DNA of 48,304 nucleotides from a virus (Duplodnaviria; Heunggongvirae; Uroviricota; Caudoviricetes): IMG/VR virus record IMGVR_UViG_2563366867_000009; one strand, 5' to 3'. Shown piece by piece: positions 30,948 to 41,454 of this stretch (position 1 is its first letter; each line of letters starts with the position of its first letter). The notes under the pieces were generated by a model. It saw only the letters and a program-made list of their open reading frames with translations, ran no database searches and was not told where the DNA came from. The position numbers and the translations under genes were made by a program.

Positions 30948-31392
30948 GCTGTTCAGTCTCCGCAACACGACGGCGAAATGCCTCACGCACACGGACACGA
31001 AATGCATCAGCCGTTTCTTTCGGGTCTTTGTGAATATTCAGCTCTTCTGCCTCACACAACGTTGCCAGCCGTGCGGACGTGAGTTTGCTCAAATCCACAT
31101 CCTGACCACCAACGCTAACCACAAAACTGTTCTCCGCTTCTGTAAGAGCAACCTGTTCTCTTTCCTGCGCCTGCTGTGCCTGCCGCAACTGCTCATCCTG
31201 TTGTTGCTTTTTGAGCACACCATCAAGCTCTTCATGACGAACCCAGACATCCGGAAAGGCCAGCAACTGCCAGGCAAGCGCGCTGTCAACATGCACCGGC
31301 TCAAGACGCGGGAACAGTGTACGACTCCCGGTAAGGGTATCCTTTTTCACGGGTTTGGGGCCGATATAGACAACGGCAATTTTCTCGCTCAT
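30931..31392 (-). CDS. hypothetical phage head-associated protein (153 aa)
   Basis: ORF in structural operon. Confidence 0.55.
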   Translation of the reverse strand: MSEKIAVVYIGPKPVKKDTLTGSRTLFPRLEPVHVDSALAWQLLAFPDVWVRHEELDGVLKKQQQDEQLRQAQQAQEREQVALTEAENSFVVSVGGQDVDLSKLTSARLATLCEAEELNIHKDPKETADAFRVRVREAFRRRVAETEQHGGTD

Positions 31393-31442
31393 ATAATTCC
31401 CCGGATAAAAAAGCCCGCATGACGCGGGCCGGAAGGTTTATA

Positions 31443-31835
31443 TCAGTATCCCACCACGGTATAACGCAGCAGAACATTCAGGGTACCGGTCGCAGCAGCT
31501 GTCTTAATGGTGACCGTAACCAGCTCTCCGTCACGCTGTGTGGTGTACGGCTCCACTGGCACATATTTAGCAAAGCTGGCAGTTACTGCACCACTGTCAC
31601 CAATGAGTTCATGTTCGCCAGATTTAACGCTGACAGTTGCTGTGCCGCCAAGTCCCTTGGTAGAAACCAGCTGTAACGCATTAATACGAACACCGATCGG
31701 CAACGAAAAAAGATGAATAACACTGTCCGCTTCCGCAGCATTCACAGTAAACACACCTTCTGCCACCGACTCATTACCGTGCGTACCCGTATAGACCCGT
31801 TCACTCAGTGACGGGGCAAGGATGGTCTTTGCCAT
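31443..31835 (-). CDS. hypothetical head protein (130 aa)
   Basis: ORF immediately after the capsid gene. Confidence 0.55.
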   Translation of the reverse strand: MAKTILAPSLSERVYTGTHGNESVAEGVFTVNAAEADSVIHLFSLPIGVRINALQLVSTKGLGGTATVSVKSGEHELIGDSGAVTASFAKYVPVEPYTTQRDGELVTVTIKTAAATGTLNVLLRYTVVGY

Positions 31836-31889
31836 AATTAATGACTCCTGAAAAAGCCGGGCGATAACCCGGCATGGGGAAAGGAAAAA

Positions 31890-33104
31890 TCAGAGCTTCA
31901 CTGCGGTATCAACGGCAATAACACCGTGATCCTGCATCCTGCCGCTCTTCTCCGGGAAACGGATTTTTTTCAGACCGTTGATCCAGCTGATTGCTATCTC
32001 AGTACGGTTATCCATATCCGTTTTCTTCTCAACCATGTTGAAGTGACCGCCGCCCTTCTGACCGTACGCATTCGCCAGTGCCTGAGCACCCAGCAGCATG
32101 GCGCGGTCAATGTTGGTTGCGGCCTGCTTCTCTTCTGTGGTTGCCGTCAGGTCGTTTTTCGATACCAGAACCTTTGACCCCTGATAGAAACGGATCGGCA
32201 TCCCCGCATACTTGCGGACCAGGATATTGCGCCACATCGCACATTCGCCTTTGAACAGCGGATGGTTAAACCCTTTTGAGCGGTTTACGGCACGCGTCAT
32301 CATCTGGTTCCAGTCCTTGCCGGACGTGGAGGTGTACCAGTCATTCCACTGACGCGGCGTGACGTAGAGGACGTAATACGGATCTTCGCCATACAGCTCA
32401 TCACCGGACAGGCGTACCGGTTGTAACGGATGAGCCATCTCGTCAATAAACAGTGAGAGATTATCGACCAGCGCAAGAGTGAACAGGTCAGACTGATCAA
32501 TACCTTCAAAACTCGTCGCATCCCCACCGAAAAAATGACGATCATGCGTCGGCGGCAGTACGTCGTTGATCATGATTTTTTTGAATTCAGGGTGATCTGC
32601 CGTTGGCAGAATGGTGTCATCAGCAACAAAATCACCGCGGGCACCGGCAAGATGCACTATCGCACACTGGTCCTGCAGGTCGTTAAAGTACGTACCCAGC
32701 AGCGTTCTGGCAGAGGATGCCAGGTTGAACTTCGTACGCTGCTGGCTCATACGTCCGCCCGCATCCACCAGGTGACGGCCCTGATTAATTTTCAGGGAAA
32801 AATCAGCATGGCTGAGGTCTTCACCACGGCCTTCAACGCGCTCATCCCCCATCGTCGGACGTTTAGAGAGTTTGTGCATGATGCTGAATGTCACTTCATC
32901 ACCGGCCTGTTTGTTGAGGTCCGTGATTCGCACAACCGGTGCACCGGCACTGGTCTGCTTCGTGCTTTTCTTGTCAGGCGAAACTGCTTTTGGTGCATCC
33001 TGCTGTTCAGTGAGTATATTCACCATTGAGCGGTTGCGGTTGGCAGCCGTGAAAAGCGCCACCTGATACAGCTTATTCGCCTGGGCTGTTGTTACTGTGG
33101 TCAT
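31890..33104 (-). CDS. putative major capsid protein (404 aa)
   Basis: Position after portal and scaffold in the canonical head-gene order. Confidence 0.6.
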   Translation of the reverse strand: MTTVTTAQANKLYQVALFTAANRNRSMVNILTEQQDAPKAVSPDKKSTKQTSAGAPVVRITDLNKQAGDEVTFSIMHKLSKRPTMGDERVEGRGEDLSHADFSLKINQGRHLVDAGGRMSQQRTKFNLASSARTLLGTYFNDLQDQCAIVHLAGARGDFVADDTILPTADHPEFKKIMINDVLPPTHDRHFFGGDATSFEGIDQSDLFTLALVDNLSLFIDEMAHPLQPVRLSGDELYGEDPYYVLYVTPRQWNDWYTSTSGKDWNQMMTRAVNRSKGFNHPLFKGECAMWRNILVRKYAGMPIRFYQGSKVLVSKNDLTATTEEKQAATNIDRAMLLGAQALANAYGQKGGGHFNMVEKKTDMDNRTEIAISWINGLKKIRFPEKSGRMQDHGVIAVDTAVKL

Positions 33105-33126
33105 TACGTCAGTACTCCTTCAGTGG

Positions 33127-34134
33127 TTACCCGAGTTTTTCCAGAATCGCGTCAATTTCAGCGTCCGTCATGCCTCGCATGGCGGCTTCAATTTCGGTAT
33201 GGGAAGCACCAAGTAACCGTTCAAAATTATCACCGGTTCCGACGGAAGCCGTGTTGCCAAGCTCTGACGGGGAAGCAGGCACTGCCATCTCCCGTTCAGC
33301 GGCTTTCACTTTTTCTTCCGCCGTTTTCCGGATATCCGTGTTGTCTGCCTTGTCATCAGAAGGCGGCTCACTGGCTTCACCAAAAGCGAGCTGCGTACGG
33401 CGGGCCACTTCGGCGAAACGTTCAGTGAGCGGTTTGTCTTTCCATGCGGGGTCATTCTGGAGCTTCCCGTCGATGGATACGGCAACCGAGAAGCGATCCG
33501 GATCGGAGTTCTGCCACGTTTTCAGCACCGGCACGGCATTCATCGCATCAAGAACCGGTGATAAATCCTCACCACCATGACCTTCTGCCTGCTGTGCTGA
33601 TTGCTGAACACGGGACTGGAGATAGTTATTTTTACGGATGAGCGAAGCCACCGCGTCACCAATTTCCGGATACATCTCCCTGATACGGGCAATCTTCTCA
33701 TCAGAGATTTTTTCGTTTTCCGGTAACGGTGCGGGTTTCATACCGGCCTGGTGGATCTGAGACGTCAGCAGTTCAACCAGGCGTTTTTCTTCGGCTATCT
33801 GTCCCCGAAGAAGTGCGGCTTCCTGTTCGGCCCGCTGCTTACCGGAACGTTCAGCCTCAAGGACTTCATAGGGAATGACGTGTTTACCATCGCGGGTGAG
33901 CACACCCTTCGCCTCCGGCTCCTTCACGTCCTGCGTCTGCTCAGCACTGGCATCCGGCGTCGGTGCCGCAGTGTTATCGCCCGTCTGTGTCTGTGCTGCC
34001 TCATCCGCATGATTTTCTGTGGCGGCCTCTGTCACGCCGTCCTGTTCGTGACCGTCAATATCCACATCCCCAAGCCCTTCCAGCATTTTTTCCAGTTGTT
34101 CCGGGGTTTCTTCACCCGTAAATTCAAAATCCAT
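33127..34134 (-). CDS. putative scaffold protein (acidic, coiled-coil)
   Basis: Highly acidic low-complexity N-terminus, helical repeats, between portal and capsid. Confidence 0.55.
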   Translation of the reverse strand: MDFEFTGEETPEQLEKMLEGLGDVDIDGHEQDGVTEAATENHADEAAQTQTGDNTAAPTPDASAEQTQDVKEPEAKGVLTRDGKHVIPYEVLEAERSGKQRAEQEAALLRGQIAEEKRLVELLTSQIHQAGMKPAPLPENEKISDEKIARIREMYPEIGDAVASLIRKNNYLQSRVQQSAQQAEGHGGEDLSPVLDAMNAVPVLKTWQNSDPDRFSVAVSIDGKLQNDPAWKDKPLTERFAEVARRTQLAFGEASEPPSDDKADNTDIRKTAEEKVKAAEREMAVPASPSELGNTASVGTGDNFERLLGASHTEIEAAMRGMTDAEIDAILEKLG

Positions 34135-34291
34135 AAATAACTCCGCATGGTCTGTTTATCGGACAGATCCGAATGGTTGAGTAAATAAGGCTTATCGCTG
34201 CCCCCGCGAATAAGCGCACCGCTCCCGGAACGCTTATCTCCGGAAACAAAAAACCCCGTACGATGACGGGGTTCCGTTAAGTTCAGGATTT

Positions 34292-36436
34292 TCAGAGCGG
34301 CATTTCATGCATCCGCTGTTGTAGTGTATGCAGCATCTGTTGCTGAAGAACTTCCTGCTCCTGTTCCATATTCTGTATGCCGGTAATGATTTCTGCCGTA
34401 TGTGCCTGGTTAAGCGCATCCACATAACGCTGTCCCTGTGCCACGGCGACATCCCGTTGTGCGCCAGCATTATCCCGTTGCGCAGCCGCGCGTGCCCTGG
34501 CAGCTTCTGCTTCCAGTTTAGCCACCCGGCCTGTCATTTCGCGCATCTGAAGTTCTGCCTGCTGTTGCTCCAGCGCCTGCTGTTGTGCTGCCGCTTCCTG
34601 CTCTTCCGGAGTCATCTCATCCGGTGATTTTGGCGTCCCCAGCGCCGCACGAATACGTTCGACAAATTCCTGTTTCTGCGGCACATCCAGAAGATTAACC
34701 CACAGATCGAGCACAACAGCCTGCACCTGAGGCGGCAGCCCCTGAATAACCTCTGACATTCTCTGTGCAAGCTGTGCCTTAAACGCCGGTGTCTGCTGAA
34801 CAGGAGCCAGCGCAATATGTGTATTTAACCTTGAAATATCATTGGTCAGTTCACCATTATCACCTTCAGCATTGAGGACAATGGTCTGGCGACGCTGACG
34901 ATCATCGCGATTAATCACCACCGCATGATTACGCCGCTTTTTCAGGTCATCAAGAAGATAAGCGAGCAACAGCCTTCCCACCTGCTGGCAGGCAAACTGG
35001 TAGTTATCGTTGATTTCGGCAAGGGTTGTGGCTCCCTGCTCCACCAGGTTGCTGATCGCCACACCGGACGATGCATTTGAATCCTGCCCGAGAAATGCGG
35101 AATAAACCCCCATCGTGTCCTGGATAAGTTTTTCCGACTCCTGCATGACCTGAAACTGCTGGCTGGCAACCTGAAAATCCTGTTCAACCCGGAAAACATC
35201 AGCAACGCTTTTCTGATTTTTTCGGGCCGGATTCAGTTTAATAATGCCATCCGGACGCTCGATCTGCTCCATCAGATCGTTGTCTGACAACTGGGTGGCA
35301 TCCTCGTCCATAATCACGCGTTTGGCCTGAAGCAACCACGTCAGTTTTATACGACGAAAATTCACCTCATCCTGTGCCGGAATGGCCCGGGAAATCAGCC
35401 CGTAAGGCTCCCCGGTTTTATCCTTCCGGTATCCCCAGAAGGGAACCAGCGGGAACATCCCCTGCGGCGCACTACAGGGGCGATCCACAATAAAGTGCGG
35501 TCCCACAAACCAGGCTTCACGAATACGACTTACCCGCCCGACTCTCACCTGCACCCGCCCGGATGCCACAGCCACCGCATGCATCAGATTATTTTTATCA
35601 AAGGCCACCACCCGTCCATTACTGAGTTCAATCACCGGAAGACGCTCGAATGTACGGTAATAAACCACCTGAAGCAGCACACGACGGCGTTCACGCTGAA
35701 GCCATTCGTTCTGCTGTCGATCCCATGACTGATACTCTTCCCATGCACTCATCAACGGACTGGGCTGGCCTTCAGTAACCGTGGTATCGACAAAACCACG
35801 CCAGTCATCAATGGCATAATCGATAACCTGAGCCATTCCCGGAAATGTGGCTTTTGCCTCATCGGTATCCATCCAGCGGCGGCGCATCAGCCAGCGGCAG
35901 TCACTTAAATCAGCCTCCCGGCTGAGCCAGTCCCAGAACACTTCATTCCGGCTGACAGTAGACACCTTAAACTCAGGCCCGAACGGATCGCTGTTCCGTC
36001 TGACCTCCACCCAGCTGAGCCCCGCTTTGATTTGTTCCGCATAGGCATCAGAACGGGCTTTATTCATATTTCCAAGGCGGCAAGCATCGGCAAATTCAGC
36101 ATTAATAGCTTCAGCCAGTTTTTCTGTTTCATCATCAGGATCATCTGATATCACCAACAGATCAGTCCGCGTTTTGGCCTCCATACCCAGAACACCATCA
36201 ACGGTAGGCGCGATGAGGTTATGGATGGTCATCGGCTGACCGCGATCTTTCAACACCTGGAGAACTTCCGGTGGCAACTGGTCACCATCGTAATACGCAC
36301 AGGCCTTGTTTGCGGCATCGCGCCATTTAGGCTGACTGTCAATATCAGAACAAAGCGCCTGTAACTGGCGCTGAGAAAAACGCGGCGTGGCTCCGTTGTC
36401 GTTTTTCGTCGCCATGGTATTAGTTTCATTTTTCAT
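34292..36436 (-). CDS. portal protein with long C-terminal helical extension
   Basis: 714 aa, downstream of terminase large subunit; Gln/Ala-rich C-terminal coiled coil. Confidence 0.7.
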   Translation of the reverse strand: MKNETNTMATKNDNGATPRFSQRQLQALCSDIDSQPKWRDAANKACAYYDGDQLPPEVLQVLKDRGQPMTIHNLIAPTVDGVLGMEAKTRTDLLVISDDPDDETEKLAEAINAEFADACRLGNMNKARSDAYAEQIKAGLSWVEVRRNSDPFGPEFKVSTVSRNEVFWDWLSREADLSDCRWLMRRRWMDTDEAKATFPGMAQVIDYAIDDWRGFVDTTVTEGQPSPLMSAWEEYQSWDRQQNEWLQRERRRVLLQVVYYRTFERLPVIELSNGRVVAFDKNNLMHAVAVASGRVQVRVGRVSRIREAWFVGPHFIVDRPCSAPQGMFPLVPFWGYRKDKTGEPYGLISRAIPAQDEVNFRRIKLTWLLQAKRVIMDEDATQLSDNDLMEQIERPDGIIKLNPARKNQKSVADVFRVEQDFQVASQQFQVMQESEKLIQDTMGVYSAFLGQDSNASSGVAISNLVEQGATTLAEINDNYQFACQQVGRLLLAYLLDDLKKRRNHAVVINRDDRQRRQTIVLNAEGDNGELTNDISRLNTHIALAPVQQTPAFKAQLAQRMSEVIQGLPPQVQAVVLDLWVNLLDVPQKQEFVERIRAALGTPKSPDEMTPEEQEAAAQQQALEQQQAELQMREMTGRVAKLEAEAARARAAAQRDNAGAQRDVAVAQGQRYVDALNQAHTAEIITGIQNMEQEQEVLQQQMLHTLQQRMHEMPL

Positions 36437-38142
36437 CAGTGAGCCATCCAGTGTGTGGTTCTGCGTTTATCCGTTTTCTGTTTTACCCTCACCGGCATTC
36501 TGGCGCGCATCTCCTGGGCAATCATGTAGCTCATAAGCTGATCATCAAAACAGCCTTCCTGTGCATTCATGGAGCCTTTCGCGTCATAAACGTAGGTGTT
36601 CATTTCTGATAATGTGCCCGACCAGCGGATCCCCGACAGGCCGTTATTCAGCAGCGTTTTCATTCCCTCTGTCAGGACCGGTTTACTCTGGCGGGTTGTC
36701 AGCCAGCCAAGACGGGGCGTATCGTCGTCATATGCCTGGTCAAGGTGCTGTTCGTTGTAGATATAACGCGTCGGATAGAGTTCCCTGAGTTTCAGGATAA
36801 CGGCATGTCCGTGATTGTTACGCTCCGGCCCCACAAACGCATTGTTGTACATACGGCAGACCTGCGCAATGAGATGAGCGAAAAGCTCCGCATCGAGATG
36901 ACCAAACCAGTGAGCCACCTGCTCACCATTACTGCATCTGATGATATCCAGCGATGAGCGGTCTCCGTGCTCCAGCCCCTCAGCGGTATCCGCTCCGCAT
37001 ACATACTCTTCATCCGGATCCGGCAGCTCCCAGACCAGCAGATAATTCATCAGCGTCCGGTGCTGTTCGGCTTTATTCCCGTCACGCAGAGACTGCGCTT
37101 TGGTCTTCGTTCCTGTAACCGGTTCAATGTCATAAACAATCAGCGGTGGCGAACAGAATGACTCTGCCTGCAGCGTGCTTTCCGCACTGAACACCCGTCG
37201 TCCTGACGTCAGAAACGCCTCCTGTGGCGTTGAGGGAAATTCCTGCTTCATTTCCTCACGCTGTTCAGTTTCCTTGCAGATGTACCAGTGTTTCTGCTCA
37301 TCGGTAAGCGTGATGTTCATTGCTTTTTCAACCGCAGAAAAATACGCTGTTTTTTCCTGTGACAGCTTAAGTCCGCTTTCCGGCACTCTGGCGCTGTATT
37401 TGAGATCCTGCCACCAGGCGTAAAAATGGAATTTATAATCCTGTGGCGTCAGCGCCAGCCCTGATGCAGTGATTTCCTGTGCCCGGTTACTCATCTCGTA
37501 AAAATCGCCACCCACACCTTCAGCAGTGGATTCATCAAAAATAATGCACTCATCAGAGACGGCATTAAGTGTACCGGTTCGCAGTTCTTTCGCCTTAGCC
37601 GGATATTTTGCGCAAATTTTGCCGTGCTCTGAGATATGCAGGCGCTGCACCGTACCTGAACGGAATGAGGTTGCCACCTGGATACTCGAGCCGTGACCAA
37701 ACAGGATATAGCCACCGCTGGCTCCGCTACGACGTTCAACGATGGTGAATGAGGCTCTCAGCCAGTCAGGAAGATGATCAAACGGTACAGCAATTTTGGT
37801 GCGGAAAATTTCACTGGCAGCCTGTTTATCCTGAGCGACAATCCCGCATTTGAGATGCGGTATGAATAATGCCTGGTCGAGAAGATAAATATCAATGGCC
37901 GTGGAAAACCCCAGCTGGCGTGCTTTCAGGATAATATTTTTATTGTGCATGCTCCGGAACAACTGGCGCTGCGCCGGTCGCATTCTGAAGGTGACCAGCT
38001 CACCTTTTTCGTTCTGTATCTTGTAGAGATGATTGAGGCGCCACCAGGGATTGCTCAGTTTTGTCATAATGAACAGACGTTGTTCGGTCTCAGTCATTTC
38101 TGCAGATTCATCACATCGCGGTTTATTCTTCCGGAATGTCAT
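36436..38142 (-). CDS. terminase large subunit
   Basis: ILKARQLGFST ATPase-type motif; size and position after the small subunit. Confidence 0.8.
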   Translation of the reverse strand: MTFRKNKPRCDESAEMTETEQRLFIMTKLSNPWWRLNHLYKIQNEKGELVTFRMRPAQRQLFRSMHNKNIILKARQLGFSTAIDIYLLDQALFIPHLKCGIVAQDKQAASEIFRTKIAVPFDHLPDWLRASFTIVERRSGASGGYILFGHGSSIQVATSFRSGTVQRLHISEHGKICAKYPAKAKELRTGTLNAVSDECIIFDESTAEGVGGDFYEMSNRAQEITASGLALTPQDYKFHFYAWWQDLKYSARVPESGLKLSQEKTAYFSAVEKAMNITLTDEQKHWYICKETEQREEMKQEFPSTPQEAFLTSGRRVFSAESTLQAESFCSPPLIVYDIEPVTGTKTKAQSLRDGNKAEQHRTLMNYLLVWELPDPDEEYVCGADTAEGLEHGDRSSLDIIRCSNGEQVAHWFGHLDAELFAHLIAQVCRMYNNAFVGPERNNHGHAVILKLRELYPTRYIYNEQHLDQAYDDDTPRLGWLTTRQSKPVLTEGMKTLLNNGLSGIRWSGTLSEMNTYVYDAKGSMNAQEGCFDDQLMSYMIAQEMRARMPVRVKQKTDKRRTTHWMAH

Positions 38143-38929
38143 CCAGTCTCCCCGAATTACTCATTTCATGCAGCGATGACACGATGTCACTGACAGGCGT
38201 AACAACGCCCCGACGCTGGCTGGTCAGAATATCGGTTTCCGCTCTGAGTTTATCTCTGGCAGCGTTGATTCTTTCCCGGTCAGCACGAAGTTTTGGTGCT
38301 GTTTCCGCCAGAACGTCCAGCGTCAGCAATGAGCGTTCAATTGACTCGATACGGGCAATATTCCGGTCAAGAGCCTGTTCGGCTTTAAGTATTTTGTCGT
38401 ACAGGGCAACACGGGTTTCCACGTCAGCCGCCTCTTTCAGGTCGGCGAACATTTTTTTCAGTGTTCCTGTTACTGAAAGTGCGCGGGCACGGGTGAACAC
38501 CAGTTCATCGAACAGCACCATATCGGACGCATCATCCATGAGGTTATCTGCCTCAAGATACTTCGCATATCCACGGTGTCTCACGGCGTGGGTGTTACGG
38601 TCGCTAAACCGGGCAACGGGGTGAGGATTGCCCGATCTGCTGTTGCGTTTCGTTTCTGCCGAATTTGCGCAGTTTTTTTCAGAATTTTTTGCGCATTTTT
38701 CATCGTCGGAACCCGCGTCATTGCTGGGTTCTTCATCTGAGATGTCATGATCGATTTCATGATCGGTTTTATGATCGATTTCATGATCGATTTTGCCCAT
38801 TTTTATACGGGTTCTGGCGGTGTTGTAATTAATCTTTTTCTTACGGCACCACTCCAGTAATGTTATTCCCGTTTCGGCATGTTCGCGTCGGAATGCCTGC
38901 TCCAGTTTTTTCCAGTCCAGCTTTGCCAT
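38123..38929 (-). CDS. terminase small subunit
   Basis: N-terminal HTH-like region, acidic linker, overlaps start of large subunit gene. Confidence 0.6.
   Translation of the reverse strand: MAKLDWKKLEQAFRREHAETGITLLEWCRKKKINYNTARTRIKMGKIDHEIDHKTDHEIDHDISDEEPSNDAGSDDEKCAKNSEKNCANSAETKRNSRSGNPHPVARFSDRNTHAVRHRGYAKYLEADNLMDDASDMVLFDELVFTRARALSVTGTLKKMFADLKEAADVETRVALYDKILKAEQALDRNIARIESIERSLLTLDVLAETAPKLRADRERINAARDKLRAETDILTSQRRGVVTPVSDIVSSLHEMSNSGRLDDIPEE
38746..38793. repeat. 4 imperfect copies of a 12-bp tandem repeat inside terS
   Basis: CATGATCGATTT units encoding (E/K)IDH repeats. Confidence 0.6.
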
Positions 38930-39228
38930 GTCACTTTCTGACGTCCTCTGTTAAAAACTGACGCATAATGACCGCTGTGATTTTTCAGAATTCACACAGC
39001 AGCGTCTTGTTTGATTGATATTTACACAATATGGTTGTTTTATCCGGTTTCTTCCACCACCGCACCGGACAGGCGGCCATGCGGGAAAACGCTCACGTTA
39101 CCTGAAAACGTGGAAAGCCCGGTGTGCATCGTTTTTGATTATCCCCACACACTCGCGCAGGAGGTCCAGTGTCTGGCTGAGGTCTCTGTTAATGCGGGAA
39201 TACTGCGACGATACGGCGCATGGCTATG

Positions 39229-39780
39229 TCAGGCTGAAATGCCTTTATCAAATCCGGGTAACGCAATCTGCCCCTGCTGCTCCAGCCTGTCCAGCCTTGC
39301 CAGCAACTGAGGCTTCTTCACCCTGCCCCAGCGATTGAGCAAACGACCTGACATACTGGCGACATCTTTCTCTTTCATGTACTCCAGCATTACAGCGTTG
39401 CGCTCCGCCTCCAGATTCGCCAGACCTTGCTGAATAAGCTCAGCCATCCAGTTGAAAGCCTGAATGTACGCTTCCTTAAAGGTCATAGCAGCTTTCCCCG
39501 TAAAACCAAATACCAACATCGTCCAACCGTCTTTTGTCATTCGATATATGGGCTGGGGTTTACCGTTCTGTAACTCATTGTTTTCATAGCAAAGCGCAAA
39601 ATTGCGCTCTGCAAATTCTTTTGAGCATTGTTGAACAACGGCTCTTGTTTTCCGCAATACATCTTTGTGTTCTTTGCCAAATGCTACGGCAACCTTTCGG
39701 GTATCCGTCACCGGCTCGTTGCCTGTCACAAAAACAAGATCGCGGAAATCAATACCGTTAACAATCGTCGGATAGTTCAT
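39229..39780 (-). CDS. Rha-family phage regulatory protein
   Basis: N-terminal pattern VTDTRKVAVAFGKEHKDVLR ... TKDGWTMLVFGFTGKAAMTFKEAYIQAFNWM typical of the Rha domain. Confidence 0.65.
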   Translation of the reverse strand: MNYPTIVNGIDFRDLVFVTGNEPVTDTRKVAVAFGKEHKDVLRKTRAVVQQCSKEFAERNFALCYENNELQNGKPQPIYRMTKDGWTMLVFGFTGKAAMTFKEAYIQAFNWMAELIQQGLANLEAERNAVMLEYMKEKDVASMSGRLLNRWGRVKKPQLLARLDRLEQQGQIALPGFDKGISA

Positions 39781-39790
39781 AGCGTCTTAC

Positions 39791-39888
39791 CTTTCAGAAA
39801 ATTGAGCCTGTCTCACAGAAAAGCCGCCCCGAGATGGTCGCCACCATATACGGCAGTTCTCAGGCTCAACTTTCTGAAAGGCTCGGGG
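39791..39888. promoter_or_regulatory. nested inverted repeat upstream of rha
   Basis: 20-bp arms CTTTCAGAAAATTGAGCCTG / CAGGCTCAACTTTCTGAAAG (1 mismatch) 50 bp apart, plus CCCCGAG / CTCGGGG. Confidence 0.35.
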
Positions 39889-39928
39889 ATGTGATATGCG
39901 CGTGAGATGCGCGATGAAATTCAGATAT

Positions 39929-39953
39929 GAAAAAGCCAGCGATTAAGCTGGCT
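39929..39953 (-). terminator. intrinsic terminator after Rz
   Basis: AGCCAGC/GCTGGCT stem followed by U-run on the minus strand. Confidence 0.5.
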
Positions 39954-39956
39954 CTG

Positions 39957-40424
39957 TTAATTCAGGCACTGAGTGCGGATATATTCCTGTGCCCCTTCCA
40001 GCTGCTTCTGCATTGTCATCAACCGTTCTCTGAGGATGAAATAATCCCGTTCAGCGGTGTCTGCCAGTCGGGGGCCGGTTGCATTATCCATGCCGGAGGT
40101 GCCGGTGGCTTCACGCACGGTACCGGAGCAGGTGGCGTTGATCCGCAGGCGCTTACGACCAGCAGCAACATCAGCACGCAGAGTTTCATTTTCAGCTCTC
40201 GCATCGGCTAATTCCCTCGAGTATTTTGCATCGAGCGCAGCAACATCGCGCTGGCGCACCTGCATATCAGTAATGGTGGCGTTTGCCAGCTCCAGCTCTC
40301 TGGCTTTTTTATCGCGCTGCACTTTGTAGGTGATGGCGTTATCGCGGTAATGGTCTGTTGCCAGCCACAGCGCACCACAGCCACCCGCCAGGACAATAAT
40401 CACCACACACAGAACACGGCTCAT
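39957..40424 (-). CDS. Rz: Rz i-spanin
   Basis: N-terminal TM helix then coiled coil; contains embedded Rz1 frame. Confidence 0.8.
   Translation of the reverse strand: MSRVLCVVIIVLAGGCGALWLATDHYRDNAITYKVQRDKKARELELANATITDMQVRQRDVAALDAKYSRELADARAENETLRADVAAGRKRLRINATCSGTVREATGTSGMDNATGPRLADTAERDYFILRERLMTMQKQLEGAQEYIRTQCLN
40019..40189 (-). CDS. Rz1: Rz1 o-spanin lipoprotein, embedded in Rz
   Basis: [15 protein letters not shown] lipobox followed by Pro-rich mature region. Confidence 0.7.
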   Translation of the reverse strand: MKLCVLMLLLVVSACGSTPPAPVPCVKPPAPPAWIMQPAPDWQTPLNGIISSSENG

Positions 40425-40431
40425 CTCTCTT

Positions 40432-40563
40432 TCACCCCACCAGTCCCGATAACGTCAGGACTCGCCAGGCGGTGGAAAAGAAAATGGCAACCAGCATTAG
40501 TGAAAATGAAATGCCGACAATTACACAGAGGATCTTCGCCAGCGTTATGAGTTTGTCTGACAT
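40432..40563 (-). CDS. small membrane protein, 43 aa ([43 protein letters not shown])
   Basis: GGGAGG Shine-Dalgarno 7 nt upstream; single TM helix. Confidence 0.45.
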   Translation of the reverse strand: MSDKLITLAKILCVIVGISFSLMLVAIFFSTAWRVLTLSGLVG

Positions 40564-40577
40564 GCTTAATCCTCCCT

Positions 40578-40760
40578 TCACGATTTCAACGCAATGACCA
40601 GTTTTGCCAGCCCATACAGCATCGGGGACACAGCAACACCGACCGCCACCCACTTAATGGCAAAAGCCAGTGCTCTGCTGATGTCATCAGTTACAGGCGC
40701 TTTCAGTTCAAGGCCGTTTTTCATAGTCAACCTCAACAGAATTCGTTTATACTTTTCCAT
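40578..40760 (-). CDS. small protein, about 60 aa, with C-terminal TM helix
   Basis: GGGAG Shine-Dalgarno before internal ATG. Confidence 0.4.
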   Translation of the reverse strand: MEKYKRILLRLTMKNGLELKAPVTDDISRALAFAIKWVAVGVAVSPMLYGLAKLVIALKS

Positions 40761-40916
40761 GTTCTCCCTTGCCTTATCCAAGGTCAGAAACACAAAACCC
40801 CGCTTGCAGCCAACAAACGGGGTTTTTACTTTTATTCACTTAGTTTTTGTCAGTTCGCAGGATTTCGTGTTATCCGTCCGTGTGAGCAAACCGCATTTTT
40901 CAGCAAAATATTCTGC

Positions 40917-41450
40917 TTATCTGTCAATTCCCCAGCACGCCAGCGCGCTCTCCTGGTCACGCCGCGATACCTGCCCGTAACAGTTATTTGAGCGATTCCG
41001 ACAGTCCCTGCCGCCGTCATATATCCATCGGCGGATTTCAGCACATGCACCTTTCCGGTCTCCGGCGTTCAGTTTCCGGTAAAACGTTGAGGTGAAGCAT
41101 TTCGAAGGCCCGATGTTGTACGGACAGAATGACGCGATGCCCGCTTTCTGCGGTTCAGTCAGTGGCAATTTGATGTTTTTCTCCACCCATGCCAGCGCCT
41201 TATCACGTTCAATGGCATTAACCTGAGCGCATTTTTCCTTCGACAACTTCATGCCCGGGACGACAGGTTTGCCATCCACCATGATGGCACCACGGCAGAT
41301 GGTCCAGATCCCCGCACCATCACGGTATGCCGTGGTGTGGTTACCTTCTTTTTCGTCAAGAAACTGGTCGAGGATTTCAGGCGCAGAAGCACCTGTGGCA
41401 ATCAGCGCCAGAACGGCTACCGATAAACCATAGTGGAGTTTCCTGCTCAT
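40917..41450 (-). CDS. R: SAR endolysin (phage 21 R-type lysozyme)
   Basis: N-terminal signal-arrest-release helix; lysozyme catalytic region EGNHTTAYRDGAGIWTICRG. Confidence 0.9.
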   Translation of the reverse strand: MSRKLHYGLSVAVLALIATGASAPEILDQFLDEKEGNHTTAYRDGAGIWTICRGAIMVDGKPVVPGMKLSKEKCAQVNAIERDKALAWVEKNIKLPLTEPQKAGIASFCPYNIGPSKCFTSTFYRKLNAGDRKGACAEIRRWIYDGGRDCRNRSNNCYGQVSRRDQESALACWGIDR

Positions 41451-41454
41451 CAGC

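Noticed and set aside
39927..40211. Plus-strand ORF with a signal-peptide-like start ([17 protein letters not shown]), reminiscent of a Bor-type lipoprotein position
   Set aside because: It lies entirely antisense within Rz, its start coincides with the Rz terminator hairpin, and it has no lipobox or Shine-Dalgarno.
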